Assembly: GCA_963790305.1 (NCBI GenBank)
Contig: CAWBOC010000002.1
Coordinates: 64,001-128,000, forward strand
DNA length: 64,000 bases
DNA from: an uncultured Gemmatimonadaceae bacterium
GTDB taxonomy: Bacteria; Gemmatimonadota; Gemmatimonadetes; Gemmatimonadales; Gemmatimonadaceae
Reading direction: 5' to 3'
Under the pieces are notes generated by a model. That model searched no databases, was not told the origin of the DNA, and saw nothing but the letters and a program-made list of their open reading frames with translations. Below are positions 9,049 through 21,497 of this stretch, in pieces. Positions within the stretch are counted from its first letter, which is position 1. Each line of letters opens with the position of its first letter. A program made the position numbers and the translations under genes.

Positions 9049-10077
9049 ATGCTCAGGTTACGCTACTTCGCCGCGCTCGCCATCGCGGCGCCGCTCGTCG
9101 CGCAGACGCCGGAACGGCACACGCTGCGCGGCACTCGTGTCGCCGTCTACGATCTCGTTGGAGATGTTCGCGTCGTCGAAGGTACGGGACGCGATGTCGT
9201 GGTCGAGGTGACGCGTCGGGGCGCGGACGCCAGTCAATTGCGTGTCGAGACGGGCGACATCGGCGGGGTGCCGACGCTTCGCGTCATCTTCCCCTTTGAC
9301 CGCATCAGCTACCGCGACGAGCACGGCAACTACAGCATCTCCGACCTCCGCGTGCGCGACGACGGCACCTTCGGTCACGGAGGCGGCCGGCGCATCTCGA
9401 TCTCTTCTCGCTCGGGCGCCGAGGCGGCGGCCGACCTCGTCGTGCGCGTGCCCTCGGGTACCACGCTCGATCTCAAGGTCGGCGTCGGCAGCGTGTCCGC
9501 CGAGGGAACGGGTTCCGATCTCTCACTCGACGTCATCGCGGCCAATGTCACGCTCAGCGGGACGCGGGGTAACGTGCTCGTGGAGACGGCGTCCGGAAGC
9601 GTCGAGGCACGGGACACCCAGGGGAACCTCGACATCGACACCGGCTCCGGAAGCGTGGAGCTCAAGGGCGTCCGCGCGACCAGCCTTCGCGTCGATACCG
9701 GCTCGGGCTCGGTGCAATGCGAGAACGTGACCGCCGACGAGATCGACATCGACACGGGATCTGGCGCGGTCGACATCGGAACGGCGAGCGCGAGAACCGT
9801 TCGCGTGGATGTCGGCAGCGGCTCCGTCGACGTCGCGCTCTCTCGTGAGGCGAAGGATGTCTACGTCGACACCGGCTCCGGCAGCGTGACGTTACGCGTG
9901 CCGGAATCGATCGGCGCTGACGTCGACTTCTCCACCGGCAGCGGCGACATCGACAGCGACCTCCCGATCACGATTCAGGGGCGCGGCCGCGGCTCGCTCA
10001 AGGGACGCATTGGCGACGGTGCCGCGCACATCACGGTGTCGACGGGCTCGGGGGGGATCCGGATCCGTCGCGCGTAG
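9049..10077 (+). CDS. DUF4097-type beta-strand-repeat secreted protein
   Basis: Signal peptide; many xDTGSGSV repeats. Confidence 0.85.
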   Translation: MLRLRYFAALAIAAPLVAQTPERHTLRGTRVAVYDLVGDVRVVEGTGRDVVVEVTRRGADASQLRVETGDIGGVPTLRVIFPFDRISYRDEHGNYSISDLRVRDDGTFGHGGGRRISISSRSGAEAAADLVVRVPSGTTLDLKVGVGSVSAEGTGSDLSLDVIAANVTLSGTRGNVLVETASGSVEARDTQGNLDIDTGSGSVELKGVRATSLRVDTGSGSVQCENVTADEIDIDTGSGAVDIGTASARTVRVDVGSGSVDVALSREAKDVYVDTGSGSVTLRVPESIGADVDFSTGSGDIDSDLPITIQGRGRGSLKGRIGDGAAHITVSTGSGGIRIRRA

Positions 10078-10549
10078 GCAGGTGGTCGAAGCTGAGAACG
10101 CGCGGGATGATCCACCCGCCGTCCTTCTTCTGCCAGAGCGTTACGAACCGGGCGACCGTGTAGGTGGGTGCACCGCGCTCTCTGAATGTGTGCACCCCCA
10201 CCTGCACGGCGCCGAAATCCTTGATCGGGTAGACGCGCAGGGTGCCGGGGACGAGCTCTCGGCGTATGCCTCGCTCGCGAGGGCATGATTCGGTGAGCCG
10301 CCGGAAGGATTCGCGAACCTGCGGCCCGCGCTCGAGGCCTGTCTTGTCGTGATAGAACTCAATGTCGTCGGTGAACAGTGAGTTCGTCTTCTTGATGTCG
10401 CAGCTGACGAAGGCGGCATCGAAAAGGATGCTGTCCATGCGAGCGAGCTCATCGTACAGCGGGCCCGACGTCGAAGGATCGGACTGGGCCGCAGCGGACA
10501 CGGCGAGCATGGCCGACAGCGCGCCGGCGAGCCAGGTGGACGTGCGCAA
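10031..10549 (-). CDS. Secreted NTF2-like (DUF4440) protein
   Basis: TTG start with GGAGG RBS; signal peptide; DIEFYHDKTG, GAVQVGVHTF and W..RVLSFDH motifs. Confidence 0.82.
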   Translation of the reverse strand: MRTSTWLAGALSAMLAVSAAAQSDPSTSGPLYDELARMDSILFDAAFVSCDIKKTNSLFTDDIEFYHDKTGLERGPQVRESFRRLTESCPRERGIRRELVPGTLRVYPIKDFGAVQVGVHTFRERGAPTYTVARFVTLWQKKDGGWIIPRVLSFDHLPTRDGSGSPPSPSTP

Positions 10550-10582
10550 CGTTGCCTCCAGGTGGTCAGCGAGATACAGCCC

Positions 10583-11970
10583 CTACGCCGACGTACTGGA
10601 ATGGTTTCCCGCGAGCACCGGTGCGACGGGCGCAGCGATCGGAATGATGAGTCGCGCCTCGGCGCCGCGCGCCTCGGCACGATTGTGCAGCGTGAGTGTG
10701 CCGCCGTGCGCCTCCGCGATCTGCCGACTCAATACGAGACCAATGCCTGTACCGTCGGCCTTCGTGGTATAGAATGGCACGAACAGGTTCGCGCTGTGCG
10801 CGATCCCATGCCCATCGTCGATCACTCGGAGCTCGAGGGCATCGTCGTTGCGTTGCCACTCCACGCGTACCGAGCCTCCCGTCTCGATCGTCGCGTCGAC
10901 GGCGTTGCGCACCAGGTTGATCAGGAGCTGCTCGAGCTGATCGGCGTCGGCCTGAATGCGAAGCGCAGGGCCCTCGCGGACCTCGACGCGCGCTCGCTTC
11001 TCGAGCTCGGCCGCGCGATGCACCCACGCCGAGACATCGACGGTTGACATGCGCGGGCGCGGGAGTCTGGCGAGTCTCGTGTAGGACGTCATGAATCGAC
11101 CCAGCGATTCCGAGCGCGCGCCAATGATGGAGAGTCCCCGCTCGACGTCCTGCAGCCAGTCGTCAGGCCGTGGCGATCGGCGTAGCAGCTGTTGAATGCT
11201 TCCCACGATCGAGCGAATGGGCGCCAGCGAGTTGTTGATCTCGTGACCGAGCACACGCACGAGTCGCTGCCACGCCTGGCGCTCTTCATCGCGAAGCGCC
11301 CGGCTCAGGTCCGAGACGACGACCAGCTGGTGGGGAAGCCCTCCCTGCCGGAACGTGCTTCGCCGGATCTCGACGCGCCCTGACGGGCGCGTGCGATCGC
11401 CGCCAGGCAAAAAGGAGTCGACGACGCGGCGCGGCTCTCCGTCGAGAAAGGCTTGCAGCCCCAGGTCCGATGCCTGACGACCGAGCAGTCGCTCGGCCGA
11501 TTGCCCAACGAGTCGCCCGCCGGCGCGATTGACGAGACGGAGTGCGTTGTGGTCGTCGAACGCGAAGATGGCGACGTCGATCTCCTCCATGATCCGGCGA
11601 AGCAGCGCGGTCGCCTCGAGTGCGCCGAGCCGCTGGTCGCGGAGCGGATCGCGGAGCGCGTTGACCTCGTGCATTGCCTGACCGAGCGCGTCATCGAGGC
11701 GGCCGCCGCGCGCGCGGATGGAGTAGTCGCCCTCTCGTAAGGCAGCGATGAGATTCGCCAGCGTCTGCAGCGGCCGTACGACCCGTTCGCGCAGGGCGAT
11801 CGCGAAGAGCCACCAGAACAGGAGCACCAGCAGCGAGAGCGTCCACGAAAGCTTGAGCGAGTAGTTTCCCGTCCAGAGCAGGACGAGCGAGACGATAACG
11901 GCCGGAAGGCCGCCAGCGAGGGCGAGCCGTTGGACGTATTGGTCGTGATCGAGACGCTGGCGTCGTCGCT

Positions 11971-11974
<4 letters not shown>
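10583..11974 (-). CDS. Membrane sensor histidine kinase (NtrY/NtrB-like)
   Basis: Two TM helices, H-box LGHEINNSL, N-box NLVRNA, DDGHG, PFYTTK and GTGIGL; GTG overlaps the regulator stop. Confidence 0.92.
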
Positions 11975-13341
<1,367 letters not shown>

Positions 13342-13400
13342 GTCCGGGAAGGTATTGCGGGGGTGGCGAGTGGGGGAGACGATGGTCTCCGACCGAAGCT

Positions 13401-15593
13401 TCACGCATTGTGGGGCACCTTGACCACGACGTTCGTGGTCGACGCGTTCCCAGAGACGTCGGTGCACCGCACGGTGATCGTGTAGATCCGCTCCGCACCC
13501 GGGCCCGACCGCTCGGCCCTGACGTTCAGCGTGAGGGCACCGGTGATCTCCCAATCCGGCTGCGTGTTGCCGTCACCAATGCCATTGGCGGGTTCATTGC
13601 TCGCAACCGACACGATGCGGCAGGTCGGGTTCGCGTCGCAGATATCGGTCACGTCGACCGTAATGACCGCCGGCCGCATCTTGTGATTCGGCGGCCAGAG
13701 CGTGTTCGGCGTCGCGATGGCGGAATGGATTTCGGGCGGAGTGGTGTCCACGACCTCGATCACGACCTCAGCGCGGCTCGCGCCGCCGAAGCCGTCGTCG
13801 GCAATGACGGTAATGACGTGTCGTCCGAGTGGAAGTGCCACGGTGGGCTGTACGCCAGTGACCGTCCCGAACGGCCCACTCCATTCGAGGTGGAGGGCGT
13901 CGCCGTCGGGATCACTCGAGAGGCGCCCGTCCAGCTGCAGCGTCGCTCCGTGATGGCGATTGCATTCGACCGTCCGGTCGCTGCCTGCACTCGCCACCGG
14001 GCGGCGGTTGATGATCCACTCGCCGTCGTGCTTGATGTCGTTGTAGTTGAGCCAGATGTCGCCGCGAGCGGGATCAGCGAGCCGCAGCCGGCCGTTCGCA
14101 TGTCCGTTCACCGGCACCGAGAAAACGAAGCCGTCATCGCCGAACTCCTCGAGGCAGGCGCGGCCCCCCTGGTGCCACTCCCCCTCACGCGCTGTGACGC
14201 GCCAGGTGTTGCTCACCCTGTCATTCCACTCCGACGCATTCCGGCTCGTCTCGGACCTGGGGCGGGCGCAGGCGAACCGATGACGTCCGGAGGGCTCAGC
14301 CGAGCTCCAGCGACCATCCGATCCTCGCAGCACCGCCGCGTTCCCACCAGTGCCTCGGTCGCCGGCTCGCCAGCTCCACACTGCGTACGGCTGCCGCTCC
14401 TCGTTGGGCTCGCGGTCCGCGAAATCGATTCCCGGATCGCGAGACGCGCCGAAGAGGTCGAAGCTGATCAACGGGATGTTGCACGCAGCGAGATTGACCA
14501 CGTCGGCCGGCTCGACCAGCCCCGGATGATCGGATGAAAGCCAGAGCAGCGCCGTCCGATCCTCGCCGATGACGCGAAACTGGTTGTTGGCGATGAGCAG
14601 CGTCTGCCGGGTTTGCGGCGTGTCGCCGTCCGTCTCTACGGTCGTGCAGATGTCGACGATACCGCCCGACTTCTCGACCTCGAAGTTCTTCACGTAGCGG
14701 ATGTCCTGGTTGGCCGGCATGTAGCCATTGTGCGTCAGTCCGCCGAACTCAATGCCGAGCGCGCCGATGATGACCTGCTTGTCCATGGCGAGCAGCTCGC
14801 GGCGTGACGGCCAGCGGTTTACCAGGTCCCCAACGCGATCGGCCCTGCTGAAGATCTTCGATCCGAAGAAGGCGTTCAGTGGCTGGACAACCTCGCTGGT
14901 GTGTCCCTCGACGTACGCCTCGAAGTCCAGAATCACGATCTCTTCGTCATTATCCTCGAGCCATTCCGAAATCTCCTGGATGCCAAACCCAAACGAGCGG
15001 TCGAGCGGGCTGCACCCGACGTGCTGCTCCTCCGGTTCTTCCCCCTCGTCTTCCTCGAGATCCGCGCCGTGACACAGCCGGACCAAGCCGTTGAACCAGT
15101 GCAGGTCGAGCCAGAGCATACGCGAGCCGAGATCGAGCTGGTCGCTCATCGACCACACCTGGTTCGGGTCGAGGACGTAGCCGTCAGCCCAGTTGTTGAA
15201 AGCGTTGTGCGTCGCGAGGTGCGTGACCCAGTTGATGGGCTCATCGATCGCGAGGGTCCGCTGATTCGCGAGCGCCCAGTCCGCCCACGTTCCCCGGAAG
15301 TCCGCGCCCACGAAATGACGATGGTCGTTGATGCAGCGGTCGTCGCTCGTGACGAGGGGTGTCCCGCGATTGTCCAACGCCAAGCCTCGATCGCACCGCG
15401 GACCGCTCTCCAACGGAGCACAAGCCGCCCCGCCCTCGAACCCACAGTCGGGAACAACCGAGTTGGCACTCAGCGCCACTTCCGGAGGGCTGCCACTGGG
15501 CTCGGGTGACGTCAGATCGTCTCTTCGATCCGAGCAGGCGATCGTTGCGAGGACGACGAACCCAATGGCGATACGACTCCGGAGCGTCTGCAT
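13401..15593 (-). CDS. Lipoprotein with PI-PLC X-like phosphodiesterase domain and C-terminal PKD/Ig-like domains
   Basis: Lipobox ATIAC; ATHNAFN, NQVWSMSDQLDLGSR..LDLH..LCHG; SSDPDGDAL and LWPPNHKM segments. Confidence 0.75.
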   Translation of the reverse strand: MQTLRSRIAIGFVVLATIACSDRRDDLTSPEPSGSPPEVALSANSVVPDCGFEGGAACAPLESGPRCDRGLALDNRGTPLVTSDDRCINDHRHFVGADFRGTWADWALANQRTLAIDEPINWVTHLATHNAFNNWADGYVLDPNQVWSMSDQLDLGSRMLWLDLHWFNGLVRLCHGADLEEDEGEEPEEQHVGCSPLDRSFGFGIQEISEWLEDNDEEIVILDFEAYVEGHTSEVVQPLNAFFGSKIFSRADRVGDLVNRWPSRRELLAMDKQVIIGALGIEFGGLTHNGYMPANQDIRYVKNFEVEKSGGIVDICTTVETDGDTPQTRQTLLIANNQFRVIGEDRTALLWLSSDHPGLVEPADVVNLAACNIPLISFDLFGASRDPGIDFADREPNEERQPYAVWSWRAGDRGTGGNAAVLRGSDGRWSSAEPSGRHRFACARPRSETSRNASEWNDRVSNTWRVTAREGEWHQGGRACLEEFGDDGFVFSVPVNGHANGRLRLADPARGDIWLNYNDIKHDGEWIINRRPVASAGSDRTVECNRHHGATLQLDGRLSSDPDGDALHLEWSGPFGTVTGVQPTVALPLGRHVITVIADDGFGGASRAEVVIEVVDTTPPEIHSAIATPNTLWPPNHKMRPAVITVDVTDICDANPTCRIVSVASNEPANGIGDGNTQPDWEITGALTLNVRAERSGPGAERIYTITVRCTDVSGNASTTNVVVKVPHNA

Positions 15594-15896
15594 TGGCGCA
15601 CCTCGTCGAGAGGAAGCTCTGCGGCCGCGGACTTCTGTTTTGGACATCGAAGGGGAGTCGCTCGCGAGCCCCAGCGGAGCAGGGGAGCTCGCTGCACACG
15701 GTGCGACCGGACGTCAGCAGACCGGGTTGCGCTGAATGACTCTTCCGGGCCTAGGATACGCCGGGAGCTCGAGCGACGCAACCACAAGGTATCCGGGACC
15801 ACCGGGGTCTCATCGGTCGTCGTTAGGGTGTTGTGGCGCCACACCTCCCTCGCCTAACGCCTCATTGTGACCGACCGGAACCTCCTCCGCCCGGGT

Positions 15897-16691
15897 CTAA
15901 GCGATTCGCTCGGGTTCCAGAACTCTCTCCACGACCTTGCCATTGACGACGCTGACGTAGTACACCTTCGCGCCCGCGCGCGTCGACACCACGCGCTTGA
16001 CCTCGTTGTCCTCGAAGTAAATGCCTGCATCGTTGTCGCAGGCGTATCCGGGCTTCATTTCACCCGAGCCGATCAGCTTCTGATACAAGGGTCTGCGCCC
16101 GGGTTCACGATCGTAGTGCGGAGAATGGCTGCCCTTCAGAAATCCCAGCCCTTTGACCGTCGTGAGCTCCTTCGGCCTGGAATCCGTCGTTCCCTCCTCG
16201 AACCAGCAGAGCGAGCCCGCACTGGCGCCGCCGAGCACGATGCCTCGATCCCATGCTTGCCTGAGAACCACATCGATACCTTGCGCCTTCCAGATCGCCT
16301 GCTGATTCAGCGTGTTACCGCCTGAGGCGACGATCCCATCCATCGAGAGAAAGACCTCCTCCCAGCTCTGCGCTTGTCGTGTGCTGGCGATGAAGCTCTC
16401 CTGGACGAAGGGCCGAACATCGAGCTCCGCGCAGTTCTTGAACCAGGTGATGATCCCATCGGCGCGATCGGCCGAGGCGGTCGGCAGATAACAGAGCCGC
16501 GGCCACTTCTTTCCGGTGAGCTCCGCCATGTAGCGAATGAAGGCTTGGCCAAATCCGCCACCAGCGATCAGGATCTTCCGTGTCGCTGCGCCGCTGCGCG
16601 ACACGCCTTGCAGATCGGCGGCGCGAAGGTGACCGGTCCAGAGCGCCAGGGAGCCCGCGGCTGACGAGAGAACGAACTGTCGTCTCTTCAT
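15897..16691 (-). CDS. pepE: Peptidase E (S51 family) with Tat signal
   Basis: MKRRQF twin-arginine signal; YLPTAS, GGNTLN, GASAG and SPHY motifs. Confidence 0.85.
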   Translation of the reverse strand: MKRRQFVLSSAAGSLALWTGHLRAADLQGVSRSGAATRKILIAGGGFGQAFIRYMAELTGKKWPRLCYLPTASADRADGIITWFKNCAELDVRPFVQESFIASTRQAQSWEEVFLSMDGIVASGGNTLNQQAIWKAQGIDVVLRQAWDRGIVLGGASAGSLCWFEEGTTDSRPKELTTVKGLGFLKGSHSPHYDREPGRRPLYQKLIGSGEMKPGYACDNDAGIYFEDNEVKRVVSTRAGAKVYYVSVVNGKVVERVLEPERIA

Positions 16692-16863
16692 GCTCCTCCC
16701 CGTGTGGGTGGGAATCTCGAGGCTTCAGAGTATGCGTCCGCCGGGCGACGTCGGCAACACGTGGACCTCGCTGCCTTGACGCGCGTCTCGCGGCAATCCA
16801 TGTAATGAGCAGCCGCTGACCGCTCGGCGGCCACCTGCCTGATAACCGCGGTGGAGGTGTGTT

Positions 16864-19800
16864 ATGGCAAGACGAGTGCGTTACCTCGCGGCGATTCTCC
16901 TCGCCGCGCTGGCCGCCGGCGCGGCGCACGCCCAGACGCAGCAAGACCGGACCGTCACCGGCCGCGTCACCGACATCGACACCGGCGAGCCACTCGTCGG
17001 CGCGCAGATCGCGGTGAAGGGCATGATCGGCCGAGGGACGGTGGCGGGTGATGACGGGGCATTCTCGCTGCAAGTCCCGGCAGTGGACGTCGTGCTGAAC
17101 ATCCGCCGCATCGGCTACCCGATGCGGGAGGTGCCGGTCCCCGTTGGCACTGGCGCCGTCACGGTCACGCTGCGGAAGGACGTCCTCAAGCTCGAGCAGG
17201 TGGTCATCACCGGCCCGGCCTCGGGGATCTCGCGGCGCCATCTCGCGAACTCGGTCGCGTCCATAGACGCTGAGGACCTGACGAGGGTTCCCGCGATCAG
17301 CATCGAGCAGGCGTTTCAAGGGAAGCTCGCTGGCGCGCAGATCCAGTCGAACACCGGCGCGCCCGGCGGAGGCAACCGGATCCGCATCCGCGGCATCTCG
17401 TCGATCCTCGGGAACTCCCAGCCCTTGTACGTCGTCGACGGCGTCATCGCCAGCGACGTCGCCATCGCCTCCGGAACGAACCGGATCACGAAGGCGTCCG
17501 GCTCGGTCACGATCGCGGTGCCGAGTCAGGAGAATCCCATCAATCGGATCGCCGACCTCAATCCGGACGACGTCGAGAACGTCGAGGTGCTCAAAGGCTC
17601 GGCGGCAGCCGCCATCTACGGCTCGAAGGCCTCCGGCGGCGTCGTGATGATCACGACCAAGCGCGGGCGCGCGGGCCGGCCCCAGTTCACGGTGCGGCAA
17701 GGTGTCGGTACCGCACGCCTCGCGTACAAGGAAGGCTCGCGTCGCTTCCAGAGCCTCGCGGCGGCGCGAGCCGCCTTCGACCCGAACAACACCCGCGGTG
17801 ACGCCTTTTGGGCGACCGCCTACAACCCGGCCAACAACTTCTCGTACGAAGATCTGCTGTTCGGAGAGAAGCCGATCAACTACGAGACCTCCTTCAGCGT
17901 CAGCGGCGGCTCGAACGTCACCCGGTACTTCGTCTCGGCACTCCTCCGACGCGACGAGGGGATCGTGAAGAACACGTTCGCGGACAAGAAGAGCCTCCGC
18001 GTCAATCTCGATCAGAACTTTGGCTCGCGCGTCACGCTGAGCGCCGGGTCCGAGCTCGTTCGCAACTCAGCCGACCGCGGACTGTTCGGCAACGACAACG
18101 CCGGCAACTCGATCTACTACACGGTCACCAAGCTCCCCAGCTTCTACGACTTTCGACCATCGGGCGGGACGTATCCCGTCAATCCGTTCTATGCCAGCAA
18201 TCCCTTCCAGACGATCGACATGCTCCAGAACCGCGAGGTCGTCTGGCGGAGCATGAGCAACGCGCGCGTGCAGTTCGAGGCGCTGAATGGAGCGACGCAT
18301 CAGCTGCGCTTCATGGCGATGGGCGGGGTGGACGTCTTCACCCAGCGCAACAACGTGTTCTCGCCGCCGGAGCTGTTTTACGAGGACGACGACGGCCGGC
18401 TCGGCACCGCGATCGCGTCGTACGCGCAGAACCTTCAGTACAACGCCAACTTCAACGCGGTCCACGTCTTCACTCCCCGCGCGTGGCTGTCGTTCACGTC
18501 TCAGCTCGGGACGCAATACGAGGTGCGGGACCTCGACCAGACGCGGACCGCGGGTGAGAACCTCCTCGGGGGATTGGCGGTTCCAGACGCCGGTACCGTG
18601 CGCGATCTCGACATCGAGCAGCTCAAGGTCAACGACTTCGGGTATTTCGTGCAGACCGAGGCGCTCGCGTGGGACAAACTGCTGCTGACCATGGGCGTGC
18701 GCGCTGACCGGAGCAGCAACAACGGCGACGTCGGGAAGTTCTACTTCTTCCCGAAGTATGCCGCGTCGTACCGCATGCCGGATCTCATTCCGGGAATGGT
18801 CGACGAGCTCAAGGTGCGAGCCGCGTACGGCACCACCGGAAACCAGCCGCAGTACGGACAGAAGTTCACGAACCTGACGTCGGGCAGCATTGGCGGTCTG
18901 GGCGGGTTCTCGTTCGGCACGACGCGTGGGTTCGCCCAGATCCGCCCGGAGCTACAGCGGGAGCTCGAAGGCGGCATCGATGCCTCGCTTCTCGGGAATC
19001 GCGCGCAGCTCGAGCTCACCGGCTTCCAGCGCAACATCTCGGATCTGCTCATTCAGCGCACGCTCGCTCCGACGACCGGCTTCTCGCAGGAGGTCTACAA
19101 CGGCGCTTCGATGCGCGTCCGTGGCTTCGAGGCGTCGCTGAATGCATTTCCCATCCAGACCGAGGCACTCGGCGGCATCAGCTGGAACGTGCGCATCAAC
19201 TTCGGCCTGAACCGCAGCAAGATCACCAGGCTTCCGGTGGCGGCGTTCCTCATCAGCACACCCCAGGTCGGCGCGATCCAGATCAAGGAAGGTCAGTCGG
19301 CGACCCGGCTCGTCGGCAACGACACGGTGGGCGTCGCCGGGACCTGCCCCCCCACCCGGTCGATCCGTCCGTCTGCTCGACGCGTGTGGTCGGTAACGTC
19401 GTCCCGGTCTACATGGGCGACGCGAGCCCCGACTACACCGGCGGCATCGGCAACGAGGTGCGCTGGAAGGGCCTCAGCCTGTACGGCCTGCTCGATCGCC
19501 AGAAGGGTGGGATGCTCGCCGCCGGCACATGGCGGCATTTCGACCTCGGTCAGAACTCCCGCGACTACGACGATCCGGGCCCGGATCCGACGAAGACGTT
19601 AGGCAAGTGGCGCACCGACACGTACCTCAAGGTCACCCGCATTTACTACCAGGACATTTCGTACTGGAAGTTGCGCGAGCTGACGCTCAGCTATGACGTC
19701 CCGCAGCGGTTCGTCAGCCGCGTTGCTGGCGCGAGGACGGCGCGGCTCTCGTTGAGCGGCCGCAATCTGAAATGGTGGACGAACTTCCGCGGCGGCGATC

Positions 19801-19910
19801 CGGACTTCGCGAACTTCGGCGGTACCCCGGAATCGGTGCAGCGGAACCGTGAGTTGGCCGCGTACCCCGCGAGCCGGCAATTCTGGGCCAACGTTCAGGT
19901 AGGGTTCTGA
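16864..19910 (+). CDS. susC: SusC/RagA TonB-dependent outer membrane receptor, split by a 1-bp frameshift at the C7 run 19347-19353
   Basis: QPLYVVDG and DLNPDDVENVEVLKGSAAAAIYGSKASGGVVMITTK; the second frame carries the C-terminus (KLRELTLSY...YPASRQFWANVQVGF). Confidence 0.92.
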
Positions 19911-19912
19911 CC

Positions 19913-21325
19913 ATGCGGCCATCAGCCATAGCCCGAGTCGTCGGCGTCGCCGCGGCCCTCAGCGCCTGCGAGCCAGTCACCGTTCCAAATCTCAACAACC
20001 CGAGTATTGAGTCGCTCACCGACAATCCCACGATTGGAGTGGTGAATACCGCGACCGTCGGGATGCTGATCAATCTGCGTGGCCGCGTCGGCGTCGAAGC
20101 GTCCGCAATGGGAATTCTCGGCAAGGAGTCGTACAACCTGGACCAGGCAGAGCCTCGCAACGTGCTCAGCTATCTCCAGGGCCCGATCGAGCCGGGCGGC
20201 TTCGTTCAGGATCTGGGCTGGACGGAAGGCTATCGCAACGTCATCCAGGGCCTCACGATCCTCGAGGCCGTCGATAGGATCGCCGAGACGCCGACGCCCA
20301 CGACTGCGTCGTACAGCCCGCAGCAGAAGGAAGGAATCCGCGGCTTCGTCAAGACGATCATGGCAATGGAGTTGCTCACCCAGGTCCGTATTCGCGACGC
20401 GGTGGGTATCGTCATCGACGTGTCGGCGAACCCGTCGGCACCGCTTGGGGCTGTCGTGTCCAAGGCGGAGGCGCTCACCAGGATCGTCGCCCTGCTGAAC
20501 GAGGCGAAGACGCACCTCCAGGCCGCCGGAACGGCATTCGCGTTTCCGCTTCACTCCGGCTTCGCGGGATTCAACGTTCCGTCCACGTTCCTTCAGGTGA
20601 ACCGCGGGATCGCGGCGCGCGCGGAAGTCTATCGCGAGCAGTGGGCGGCGGCCTTGACCGCCCTGGGCGAGTCCTTCATCAATGTCACGACGCCGACGCC
20701 CGCGAGGCTCGCGTTAGGCGCGTACCACGTTTTCAGCGCCTCCTCCGGTGACCTCCTCAACCCGTTGTTCGACCAGACGCCGACACGATTCTACGTGCAT
20801 CCGTCCATCCTGACTGGCGCACAGACTCGCGTCGGTGGAGCGCCGGACCTGCGGCTGTCCACGAAGACAGCGCCAGGAACGGCGCGCACGACCGTGACGG
20901 TGCAGGGCACGCACAAGTTCATGAACTATCCGACGAGTACATCCCCCGTGCCGATCATCAAGAACGAGGAGCTGATCCTGCTCCGGGCCGAGGCGCGGTA
21001 TTACAGCGCCGACCTCACGGGAGCGTTGGCGGACCTCAACTTCGTCCGGGTCAACTCCGGCGGGCTCGCTCCGCTCACCCTCGCAGACATCGCGACCGAG
21101 GCGGCATTCGTCACTGAGCTGCTGTACAACCGTACCTACTCGTTGCTGTTCGAAGGAGGTCATCGGTGGGTGGACTACCGGCGGTACGACCGCCTCGCAC
21201 AGCTGCCGAAGATCAACACGCAAATCAACGAGAAGACGTTTCCGTACGTGATGTTTCCGGCCGACGAGTGCAACCAGCGGGACCCGAAGCCTCAGCCTGG
21301 ATGCTCGGAGGTCGTCGGCCAGTAG
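19913..21325 (+). CDS. susD: RagB/SusD nutrient-binding outer membrane lipoprotein
   Basis: Lipobox ALSAC; PIIKNEELILLRAEA and LLFEGGHRWVDYRRY motifs; directly after susC. Confidence 0.92.
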   Translation: MRPSAIARVVGVAAALSACEPVTVPNLNNPSIESLTDNPTIGVVNTATVGMLINLRGRVGVEASAMGILGKESYNLDQAEPRNVLSYLQGPIEPGGFVQDLGWTEGYRNVIQGLTILEAVDRIAETPTPTTASYSPQQKEGIRGFVKTIMAMELLTQVRIRDAVGIVIDVSANPSAPLGAVVSKAEALTRIVALLNEAKTHLQAAGTAFAFPLHSGFAGFNVPSTFLQVNRGIAARAEVYREQWAAALTALGESFINVTTPTPARLALGAYHVFSASSGDLLNPLFDQTPTRFYVHPSILTGAQTRVGGAPDLRLSTKTAPGTARTTVTVQGTHKFMNYPTSTSPVPIIKNEELILLRAEARYYSADLTGALADLNFVRVNSGGLAPLTLADIATEAAFVTELLYNRTYSLLFEGGHRWVDYRRYDRLAQLPKINTQINEKTFPYVMFPADECNQRDPKPQPGCSEVVGQ

Positions 21326-21497
21326 GGATGCGACTCCGGTACAGCTGCAACCGCGCGGTGCGGGCGCGTGCTCGCGGAGGTGGCCATGCAACTCCGGACC
21401 GTGTGCGTCGAGTTGGCGTCACAAAGCATCCCGGACGAGTAGCCTATGATTCCTGAACTTCCGGGCGCGGTAGCCCGAGAGCAATGCCGAGCTGAGC

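Noticed and set aside
16776..16806. Sigma-70 promoter TTGACG...TGTAAT before susC
   Set aside because: The 19-nt spacer and weak -10 match are too poor to call.
21326..21432. Short direct repeat ATGC(G/A)ACTCCGG and GGATGC/GCATCC ends after susD
   Set aside because: Too short to distinguish from chance; no recognisable RNA family.
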